From: Horticoccus luteus
GTDB lineage: Bacteria; Verrucomicrobiota; Verrucomicrobiia; Opitutales; Opitutaceae
Reading direction: 5' to 3'
Assembly: GCF_019464535.1 (NCBI RefSeq)
Contig: NZ_CP080507.1
Coordinates: forward strand, 3,510,001-3,542,000
DNA: 32,000 nt
Part shown: piece by piece, positions 24,201-31,393 of the stretch
How the letters are laid out: each line of letters starts with the position of its first letter
Position numbering within the stretch: the first letter of the stretch is position 1
Position numbers and translations under genes: made by a program
The notes under the pieces: model-generated
The model's database searches: none
Seen by the model: the letters and a program-made list of their open reading frames with translations, nothing else
Told to the model about the DNA's origin: nothing

Positions 24201-25553
24201 TCAGTTGTGGCCTTCGAGATAGCCTTTGAAGTCGGTCGTTTGATGCTGGTCCGTCCGGTAAATGATCGGCTTGGGATCGAGCCAATCGGCGATGGTGGCA
24301 CCAATGGCCGTCGCGAAGAAATGGTTTCCCGCCGGACTGTAGTGACCGATGAAGTAGCGGTCGTAGTAGCGGTCGATGCTCAGGTTGAACGCCTTGAAAT
24401 CCGCCACGTGCACGAGATTCATGTCGAAGACCTTGAAGTTGTGCTGCGCGAGGAAATCCACCACCGGCTGGTCATAACGGCTGGTTTCGCCCGCCAGCAG
24501 CGAGCGGGTGACGCGGTTGGGATCGAAGAGCACCACGAGGAGTTTCTTGTGCTGCGCCGCGGCAAACGCCTGCGCCTTGGTCAGGATGTATTTCGTCGCC
24601 GCGAAGCTATATGCGTCGAGCAACCCTGTGATCGCGTCGTCCCGACGAGCGGGATCATCCCAATTCACCGCGAAATCAAGCCAACCGGCGAGCTTCCGCA
24701 GCGCCTCCCAATCGGGCGCCCGGATCAAACCCTTTTTATACAGACTCATCTGCAGCGCGAGATCGCCCCGCATATTTTCCGCCATCCAGTCCGGATTGGT
24801 CATGTTATACACGTCCGCCGCCGTGCGGATGCGGCTCTCGTGCTCCACCATTTTTCCGGTCGCCAGATCCATTTCGATGTTCGGCCAGAAGTTGCCGTGA
24901 AACATGACGCCTTCGCCCTCGATTTCCGTCTGCCGCGCAGTCCATTCGCGGAAATTCATATACCGGCAGCGGAGCAGACTCCGGATGTGGTCGTCGCCCC
25001 AGAGATAGAACACCAGATATTCAGCGCCGTGGTCGGTCGTCTCCTCCCGCAGCAGGCGGCGGTAGGCCTGATAAACCCCGTAACCGCCCATCCCGAAATT
25101 GCGCACCGGTTCGCCCAGATGCCCGGCGAGATATTCCTGCCACGTCTCGCCGTCGTTCACCTGATGACACTGCGTGAAACTGTCGCCGTAGGTGTTGATG
25201 CGACAGGGCCGCGCCGGATACATGAACGACCTGCGGGCGCCGTTGGCCTGCGCCGTGGACAATGTCATGCTCTTCTCGAAGCCATCGTGCGGCATCGAGT
25301 TGCCGAGGATATAACCGAGCTCGGGATCGAACTTCGCCCAGCCTCCATCGTTTATAAACACCTCGACCTCATGGCGCGACGCCACGTTGGCCCGAATGTA
25401 ATCCAGATATTCAGGCGCCATGGCCGTCGCCTCCGCGGCACTCGCGCCTCCGATCGCCAGCAAGGAACACAGTCCGAGCCGCGCAAAACTCGAGCCGAAG
25501 CGTGAAAACGTGTTTGTGGCGCACGCAAGCCGCCGACATCCGGCCAAGAACAT
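24201..25553 (-). CDS. SGNH/GDSL-like hydrolase (candidate carbohydrate esterase)
   Basis: 450-aa ORF. The GDS block is INTYGDSFTQCHQVNDGETW, followed by NFGMGGYG and YLWGDDH. It lies 64 nt upstream of and co-directional with the GH88/105 gene. The start codon is uncertain (no SD seen). The opposite-strand 450-aa ORF is Arg/Val-rich nonsense. Confidence 0.65.
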   Translation of the reverse strand: MFLAGCRRLACATNTFSRFGSSFARLGLCSLLAIGGASAAEATAMAPEYLDYIRANVASRHEVEVFINDGGWAKFDPELGYILGNSMPHDGFEKSMTLSTAQANGARRSFMYPARPCRINTYGDSFTQCHQVNDGETWQEYLAGHLGEPVRNFGMGGYGVYQAYRRLLREETTDHGAEYLVFYLWGDDHIRSLLRCRYMNFREWTARQTEIEGEGVMFHGNFWPNIEMDLATGKMVEHESRIRTAADVYNMTNPDWMAENMRGDLALQMSLYKKGLIRAPDWEALRKLAGWLDFAVNWDDPARRDDAITGLLDAYSFAATKYILTKAQAFAAAQHKKLLVVLFDPNRVTRSLLAGETSRYDQPVVDFLAQHNFKVFDMNLVHVADFKAFNLSIDRYYDRYFIGHYSPAGNHFFATAIGATIADWLDPKPIIYRTDQHQTTDFKGYLEGHN

Positions 25554-25739
25554 AGGGCAAATAAAGGGACATGAGGGGAAACGCGGGGGTCAGCGCGCAG
25601 GTTGCAGGCCGCCGCCATGGTTCGCCAGCAGGATGACCAAGCAAATTACGTCGCGCGTCGCACTCTGCTCCCAACCAGCGGCCTAAGCCTCCATGCCCGC
25701 CTCGCCCGACCCGCCGAAGCCCGACCCAACCGCTCCCAT

Positions 25740-28712
25740 TCAGGCCAGCGCCTCGTGCAAAATCTCCGCCGGATGCAAGGCGCGACGGTGCAACGCGTCT
25801 TTGATCTGATGCCGGCAACTCGTGCCGGACGACGCGATCAAAACGTCTTCCGGCGTGGCTCGCACGGTCGGAAACAGCACCAGTTCGCCCACCTGCTGCG
25901 ACACCGCAAAGTGCTCCTCCTCGTAGCCGAACGAACCCGCCATGCCGCAGCACCCGCTGGGAATCATCGATACATTGTAATGCAACGGCAGTTCCAGCGC
26001 CTTCACCGCCGGCGTGAGCGACGACAACGCCTTCTGGTGGCAATGCCCGTGCAATTTTATTTTCCGGGCTGCCGTCGTGAACGCCTCGCGCCGGATCCGC
26101 CCGGCATCGCGTTCGCGGGCGATAAATTCTTCGAACAGCAGCGCGTGCTTCGCCAGCGCCTTCGCGGCGCCGATCAGCCGCTCCGGCACCAGATCCGGAA
26201 ACTCATCGCGGAATCCCAGAATCGCCGACGGCTCCAAGCCGATCAACGGCGTCTCCGCCGACACGACCGGCGCGAGCAGTTCCACGTTGCGAATCGCGAG
26301 TTTCTGCGCGGCGCGCACGAGCCCTTTTGAAAGCTGCGCCCGACCGCTGTCCACGTGCTGTGGGATGACGACTTCGTAACCGAGACGGTTGAGCAACTGC
26401 ACCGCTTTGATGCCGATCTCGGTGTCGTTGTAATTCGTGAATTCGTCGCAGAACAAATACACCCGGCCCTGCGGAAACGAAGACGCGGCGCCGGCTTTGT
26501 TCGCGTGTTTCGCATGCCAGCGCCGCAGCGTGGTGTGGTGCAGCTTCGGGATGCTCCGCTCGGGGGCGAAGCGCGCGATCTTCTTCACCCAGCGACTCGT
26601 CACCGCGTTCGTCACCGTCCAGTTGAACAAGCCCGGCGCGAGCGACGCCCACGCCATCGAGCGCGAAAACCCCGCGATCAAGCGCGAGCGCAAAGGCACG
26701 CCGTTGGCATCGTGGTAGTGCTGCAACCACTCCGCTTTCAGACGCGCGATATCGACGTTGGACGGGCACTCGCTTTTGCAGCCTTTGCACGAGAGGCATA
26801 GGTCCATCACCGTGGCGATTTCCTCGCTGTCGAACGGGCGCGCCGGATCGCGGGGATGCGTGAGCATGTGCCGCAACATATTCGCGCGCGCTCGAGTCGT
26901 ATCCTTCTCGTCGCGCGTCGCCATGTAGCTCGGACACATGGTGCCGCCGGAGAGCGCCGTTTTTCGACAGTCGCCCGAGCCGTTGCACTTCTCCGCCGCG
27001 CGCAACACCCCCTGTGTGCCGCTGAAGTTAAACACCGTTTTGTAATCCGGGTCCGGATCACCCGGCGAGTGGCGCAACGATGTATCCATCGGTGGCGTGT
27101 CGATGATCTTCGCCGGATTCAACACGTGGGTCGGGTCAAACGTCTCTTTCACCCGGCGCATGAGCGCGTAGCAATCATCGCCGACCATGAAGCGGATGAA
27201 TTCACCGCGCAGCCGCCCATCGCCGTGTTCGCCGCTCAGCGAACCGCGGTATTTTTTCACGAGCGCGGCCACATCGGTCGCGATGTCGCGAAACATCTTC
27301 AATCCTTCCGGGGTTTTCAGATTGAAGAGCGGCCGCGTGTGCAATTCACCCGCTCCCGCGTGCGCGTAATAGACGCACTTGATCCCGTATTTCCCCTGCA
27401 TCAACGCATCGAACTCGGCAATGTAGGCCGGCAAATCCTCGACCGCCACCGCCGTGTCCTCGACGATCTCGCGCGGCTTCGCATCGCCGACGACGTTGCT
27501 CATCACGCCCTGCCCGGCGCGGCGCAGATCCCACACCTTCGCGCCATCGCTGCCCCACAACACCGGGAACGCGTAACCCAGCCCCGCCGCCCGCAGCTCC
27601 GCCTCCAGCGCCCGACACTCCGCCTCGATTTCCTCCCGCTGCTCGCGCTTGATTTCCACGACGAGGATCGCCCCGGGATCGCCTTGCACGAAAAAGCGGT
27701 TCTTCGCCTGCTCCAGGTTTTCCTTCGTGCAGTCGAGCACGTGCCGGTCGATCAACTCGCACGCGCTCGGTCGGTGCCGCAGCGCCAGCAGCGTCGCGCG
27801 CAACGCCTCCTGCACCGTCGCGAAATGCGCGCATAACAACGCGCCCGCCGGCGGCAGCGGCTCGACGTTGAACTCAAACTCGACGCCGACAAACAAGGTG
27901 CCTTCGGAGCCGGCGATCAAGCGGCACAGATTGAATGGCCGCTCCGACTCCGCGTCGAACACCGCGCAATCCATCAACGCATCGAGCGCATACCCGGTAT
28001 TGCGGCGCGTGACGGTCGCCTTCGGAAAACTCTCGCGGATGAGCGCGCGGTTGTCCGCGGCGCCGAGCAAGTCGCGCACTTCGCGGTAGATTTTCGTTTC
28101 CAGCGAGTCCGGCCCGGCACACTTCGCGGCGAACTCCGCGCGGGTCAGTGGGCCGAACGTCACCTCGCTGCCATCGCTCAAAAAGCCCCGCGCCTCGACG
28201 AGGTGATCACGCGTGGAACCGTAAACGAGCGAATTCGAGCCGCAGGAATTGTTGCCGACCATCCCGCCCATCATGGCGCGATTCGCCGTGGAAGTTTCCG
28301 GACCAAAGAGAAAACCCTGCGGCTGAAGAAACGCATTGAGATCGTTGCGGATCACGCCGGGCTGCACGCGCACGCGCCGGGTGTCCGCATTGAAAGCCAC
28401 AATGCGATTCATATGCCGGCCGAGATCGACCACGATCCCCGCGCCCACGACTTGCCCGGCCAGGGAGGTGCCCGCCGCGCGGGGGATGAACCCGAGTCGG
28501 TGTTCGTGCGCAAAATTCAAAATCGCCCGCACATCCGCCTCTGTTTTCGGCAACGCCACCGCGGCGGGCAGCTCCTGATACTCCGACGCGTCGGTCGAAT
28601 ACAGCAGCCGCAACAAGCGGCCGGAGTGCAACTCACCCGTCAAGGAGTTGGCCAAAGAAGCGTAATCCGGAGAGGTCGGCGTGCGCATGGGTTTTGCGAG
28701 AGTGCGCCGCAC
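25740..28712 (-). CDS. Fused FAD-linked oxidase / 4Fe-4S / CCG-domain oxidoreductase (YdiJ-like, GlcD-GlcF-type fusion)
   Basis: 990-aa ORF. The N-terminal FAD-binding PCMH-type region is PRAAGTSLAGQVVG...MGGMVGNNSCGSNS. The FAD-oxidase C-terminal part is GSLSGEHGDGRLR. Two ferredoxin-type Cys clusters are present (CNGSGDCRK...CPSY and CLSCKGCKSECP). The C-terminal CCG-type motifs are FCDEF and PSGCCGMAGSFGYE. Confidence 0.85.
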   Translation of the reverse strand: MRRTLAKPMRTPTSPDYASLANSLTGELHSGRLLRLLYSTDASEYQELPAAVALPKTEADVRAILNFAHEHRLGFIPRAAGTSLAGQVVGAGIVVDLGRHMNRIVAFNADTRRVRVQPGVIRNDLNAFLQPQGFLFGPETSTANRAMMGGMVGNNSCGSNSLVYGSTRDHLVEARGFLSDGSEVTFGPLTRAEFAAKCAGPDSLETKIYREVRDLLGAADNRALIRESFPKATVTRRNTGYALDALMDCAVFDAESERPFNLCRLIAGSEGTLFVGVEFEFNVEPLPPAGALLCAHFATVQEALRATLLALRHRPSACELIDRHVLDCTKENLEQAKNRFFVQGDPGAILVVEIKREQREEIEAECRALEAELRAAGLGYAFPVLWGSDGAKVWDLRRAGQGVMSNVVGDAKPREIVEDTAVAVEDLPAYIAEFDALMQGKYGIKCVYYAHAGAGELHTRPLFNLKTPEGLKMFRDIATDVAALVKKYRGSLSGEHGDGRLRGEFIRFMVGDDCYALMRRVKETFDPTHVLNPAKIIDTPPMDTSLRHSPGDPDPDYKTVFNFSGTQGVLRAAEKCNGSGDCRKTALSGGTMCPSYMATRDEKDTTRARANMLRHMLTHPRDPARPFDSEEIATVMDLCLSCKGCKSECPSNVDIARLKAEWLQHYHDANGVPLRSRLIAGFSRSMAWASLAPGLFNWTVTNAVTSRWVKKIARFAPERSIPKLHHTTLRRWHAKHANKAGAASSFPQGRVYLFCDEFTNYNDTEIGIKAVQLLNRLGYEVVIPQHVDSGRAQLSKGLVRAAQKLAIRNVELLAPVVSAETPLIGLEPSAILGFRDEFPDLVPERLIGAAKALAKHALLFEEFIARERDAGRIRREAFTTAARKIKLHGHCHQKALSSLTPAVKALELPLHYNVSMIPSGCCGMAGSFGYEEEHFAVSQQVGELVLFPTVRATPEDVLIASSGTSCRHQIKDALHRRALHPAEILHEALA

Positions 28713-28844
28713 CTTTCGGCAGGCGAGCTTCGAAATCGCGGCGCTGCTGATGCGAGTGAAATCGCCTCACCGCGGTCATGAACACGCACCGGTCTTCGTC
28801 GCGCTGGACTTGCGTAACCCCCGCGCCTTTTCCAAACCCGCAGC

Positions 28845-29972
28845 GTGAAACCTTCTCCGCGCTGGCTCGCGTTCGTCATCACATTCCTCTTCTTTGGTTC
28901 TCTTCTCTCCGCCATGGCCGCCTCACCTGCTGCGGTTCGCGTCGTTGATCGACTCGCTTACAGCTGGCAATCTCAGCAAGTGCAGGAGCCCTGCATTCTG
29001 CCCAACCCCAAGCAACCCGGGCGCCTGGTCATTTTCTATTCGGGTGTGCCCGCGACCAATCGCGCCGTCGCGTTCATCGGCAAGGCCTGGGCCGAGGCCG
29101 CGGATCCGCTGCATTGGCATCTCGATCCGTCCAACCCGGTTTTTTCGCCCGGCCCGGCTGGCAGTTGGGACCACGGCACAATCCGCCTCGACTGCGTGCT
29201 CTATGTGCCGGAAGAGGATGCCTACTATATTTACTATTCGGGCACCTCTGGCTCGATCCAAGACCACATCGGCCTCGCAATTTGTCCGGCGGGCAAGGAC
29301 GGCTACAGCTCCATCCGGCCGGAAAATATCGCTCGATTCGGCGATGTTCCCGTGCTGGCACCCCGCCCGGAGAAACCGTTCCTTGAAGAAATGGCATCGC
29401 AATCCGCGGTCTGGCGCGAAAGGGATGCCGCGACCCACGCTTGGCGGTGGTTTATGTATTACTCCTATCGCGGTAAGGATGGCATTCTCCCCGGCCTCCG
29501 ACTCGCCACCTCGAAAGACGGCAAACACTGGACGCGCCACTTCAACCGCGACGATCCGCGGGGGATGGGCCAGATCTTTGCCTCGACTCCCGATGCCTAC
29601 TACGAATGGCACCAAATATCGAAAATCGGTTCCACTTATGTGCTATGCATGGAGGTCGGAAAGAACCGGGGTCAGCGGTGGCGGCCGGTCTTCGCCGTGA
29701 GCGACCGGCCGGACCGTGGCTGGCGTCAGCTTGATCTCGATTTCGCTCTCCAGACATCTTGGACCGGTGTGTATCGCGACGACGCCCATTATCACGTCGC
29801 CACACCTGCGCTCTACGAGATCAACCACGATTGGTATCTGTTCGTTCAAGCCTGTCCGCGACCCAAGAGCGATGATTACATCGAAGGCCACTGGGATATG
29901 TGGGGGTTTTCTTGCCCGCGCGCGGTCGCGATTCCCGGGCACCCAGATCAACTGCACCTTCCTGGCCAGTGA
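28845..29972 (+). CDS. Secreted hypothetical protein, probably a 5-bladed beta-propeller glycosidase-like fold (GH43/GH130-like)
   Basis: 375-aa ORF with GTG start at 28845 and signal-like MKPSPRWLAFVITFLFFGSLLSAMA. The pattern resembles propeller glycosidases: EPCILPNP...VIFYSG, NPVFSPG..GSWD, YYIYYSG, IGLA, WFMYYSYRG and LATSKDGKHW. The fold assignment is from memory only. Confidence 0.45.
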   Translation: MKPSPRWLAFVITFLFFGSLLSAMAASPAAVRVVDRLAYSWQSQQVQEPCILPNPKQPGRLVIFYSGVPATNRAVAFIGKAWAEAADPLHWHLDPSNPVFSPGPAGSWDHGTIRLDCVLYVPEEDAYYIYYSGTSGSIQDHIGLAICPAGKDGYSSIRPENIARFGDVPVLAPRPEKPFLEEMASQSAVWRERDAATHAWRWFMYYSYRGKDGILPGLRLATSKDGKHWTRHFNRDDPRGMGQIFASTPDAYYEWHQISKIGSTYVLCMEVGKNRGQRWRPVFAVSDRPDRGWRQLDLDFALQTSWTGVYRDDAHYHVATPALYEINHDWYLFVQACPRPKSDDYIEGHWDMWGFSCPRAVAIPGHPDQLHLPGQ

Positions 29973-30072
29973 CCGCCGTCCCCTTTCTCGGCGATTTCCT
30001 GTGATAAGGCGCTCCGCTCGGTCGCTCGGTCCGCGCCGGACCTTCGCTTGCTGCTGCCTGTAAAAAATTAAA

Positions 30073-30102
30073 CCGGGGCGAAGGATTTCTCCTCCGCCCC
30101 GG
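30073..30102. terminator. Bidirectional rho-independent terminator hairpin
   Basis: ccggggcgaagga-tttc-tcctccgccccgg forms a 13-bp stem with one mismatch and a 4-nt loop. It is followed by tattgttttctctgtt on the + strand. It is preceded by taaaaaattaaa, which is T-rich when read on the - strand. It sits between convergent ORFs ending at 29972 (+) and 30117 (-). Confidence 0.75.
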
Positions 30103-30116
30103 TATTGTTTTCTCTG

Positions 30117-30374
30117 TTATGCTGCGAACCGCAGGGTTTTACGCAGCGGGGACCAGATCAAGCGACGGAACGCCTCTGGGAAGCGAACCACCGTCTGGGA
30201 CCAGTCACGGTTCTCCTGATTTTGCAGCCGTGTCTCGGCGGGCAACTCTGCAGCCGGGGGCAAATCTGCCTCTTCACGCGAGTTTTCAGGAAACTCATAC
30301 GTGGCGAGCATCATCGCTCCCGAGCCGTAGCAGCCCGGATGCACGACATACATGGTCTTGGACTTTTTGTTCAT
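30117..30374 (-). CDS. Orphan small ORF (85 aa), no family recognised
   Basis: The product is MNKKSKTMYVVHPGCYGSGAMMLATYEFPENSREEADLPPAAELPAETRLQ... The ORF ends in TAA about 14 nt before the terminator hairpin. By hand count, third codon positions are about 70% G/C against roughly 55-62% overall local G+C, which favours coding. No clear SD. Confidence 0.45.
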   Translation of the reverse strand: MNKKSKTMYVVHPGCYGSGAMMLATYEFPENSREEADLPPAAELPAETRLQNQENRDWSQTVVRFPEAFRRLIWSPLRKTLRFAA

Positions 30375-30599
30375 GATCGGACGGAGGACTCAAGTGCATG
30401 GCACCAAGGCCTCCTGGCCGACCACCAACAGGCAAAGAACAAACGCACCATTAACGGTCCTCCCCTGCTCGTCAATGGCCCGTGTGCTTCTTGGCCCGAC
30501 AGCAGTCCGGCTCTCACCCGCAACAGCGCGTCTTAACTCCGTCCGCGTCCCCGCTCTCGGGCTGCCGCCTCGCTGCGCCGATCCTAGCGTGTCCTAAGC

Positions 30600-31196
30600 T
30601 CAGGTCTGCCGCAACTTGCGCAACCCTTGGTTGATCCGATCGAGGTTGCAAACGCTCGGGTCGTAATCAGGCCCCACCCACTCCCGCCACTCGCGTCCCA
30701 GCTCCGTGTCCGGCTCCGCGAGGCTCTTCAAAAGATCGTGAAACGCTTCGAGTCCGCCGCAATCCTCCGGCGGCCCAGCCCGCTCTCCCGCCGTGCACAA
30801 CGGGTAACGCACGCCCTTTTCCATTTCGCCGATCTTCTCCACGACGAGATCGACCGACCAGCCTTCGCCGAAGTGATAGCAATACCGAAACCGCTCGCGC
30901 TGATCCAACCCCGCCTCGCCGAGCGTGACGTCGCGGTCGTCCTCCACGAGCAAGTCGTCGCGCTTCACCGGATTGCCGAAGCGCAAGTCGTCGAATTGAA
31001 AAACGTGCGTCTGGTAGTCGAACCACTCCAGCGCGACCTGGATCGCGTCGTGCAAGCCGGAGAGCCACATGGATTCGCGCACGACGAGACGCCGCCAGAT
31101 CGATGGCTCAGTGCCGGCCACCGACAACCGCAACGTAAAGGTGCGCTCGCGCACCTTCTTCGCTTTGGCCCCGCGTCCTTCGTGAAGTCCGATCAT
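30600..31196 (-). CDS. pRiA4b ORF-3-like / MM3350-like domain protein
   Basis: 198-aa ORF. The family pattern is FTLRLSVAGTEPSIWRRLVVRESMWLSGLHDAIQVALEWFDYQTHVFQF...FRYCYHFGEGWSVDLVVEKI...PLCTAGERAGPPEDCGGLEAFHDLL. The P.IWRR, LH..IQ and PPEDCGG blocks are the diagnostic ones. Confidence 0.8.
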   Translation of the reverse strand: MIGLHEGRGAKAKKVRERTFTLRLSVAGTEPSIWRRLVVRESMWLSGLHDAIQVALEWFDYQTHVFQFDDLRFGNPVKRDDLLVEDDRDVTLGEAGLDQRERFRYCYHFGEGWSVDLVVEKIGEMEKGVRYPLCTAGERAGPPEDCGGLEAFHDLLKSLAEPDTELGREWREWVGPDYDPSVCNLDRINQGLRKLRQT

Positions 31197-31221
31197 ACCG
31201 CCGGTAGCTCAACCTCCCCGC

Positions 31222-31235
31222 CTTGCGCGCGCAAG
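31222..31235. promoter_or_regulatory. Perfect 14-bp palindrome cttgcgcgcgcaag in the divergent intergenic region (candidate operator)
   Basis: The sequence is identical to its reverse complement. It lies 26 nt upstream of the minus-strand ATG at 31196 and 159 nt upstream of the plus-strand ATG at 31394. Confidence 0.35.
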
Positions 31236-31237
31236 AA

Positions 31238-31283
31238 CGGTCGCGGTCGACCTCGCTTCACCCGAGCAGACGCACCGCGACCG
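31238..31283. promoter_or_regulatory. 10-bp inverted repeat (cggtcgcggt ... accgcgaccg) with a 26-nt spacer; contains the 8-bp palindrome ggtcgacc
   Basis: Arms at 31238-31247 and 31274-31283 are perfectly complementary. ggtcgacc lies at 31245-31252. The repeat is located between the divergent genes. Confidence 0.3.
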
Positions 31284-31393
31284 ATTGCTTACCGGCACCG
31301 CCAACCGCGGCACACATAGTCACCACCGCACGCACGCCAAACGGGGTTAGGCCTTGCCACACCTTTTTCGGCCTGCCACGTCGATTTCACGTG

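Noticed and set aside
24153-25505. 450-aa plus-strand ORF, the same length as the minus-strand SGNH-like ORF
   Set aside because: The composition is Arg/Val/His-biased with no motifs. The minus-strand frame has GDS/GMGG/GDD SGNH blocks and a signal-like N-terminus.
30378-30545. 9-bp inverted repeat cggacggag (30378-30386) / ctccgtccg (30537-30545) flanking about 150 nt
   Set aside because: It is only 9 bp with no extension on either side. This is plausibly chance in GC-rich DNA and is insufficient to call a MITE or a structured RNA.
30105-30597. Plus-strand ORFs 30105..30536 (143 aa), 30119..30376 (85 aa) and 30352..30597 (81 aa)
   Set aside because: The translations are Cys/Arg/Pro-rich and irregular. 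The first starts inside the terminator tail. The minus-strand 85-aa ORF shows the better third-position G/C bias and ends properly at the terminator.
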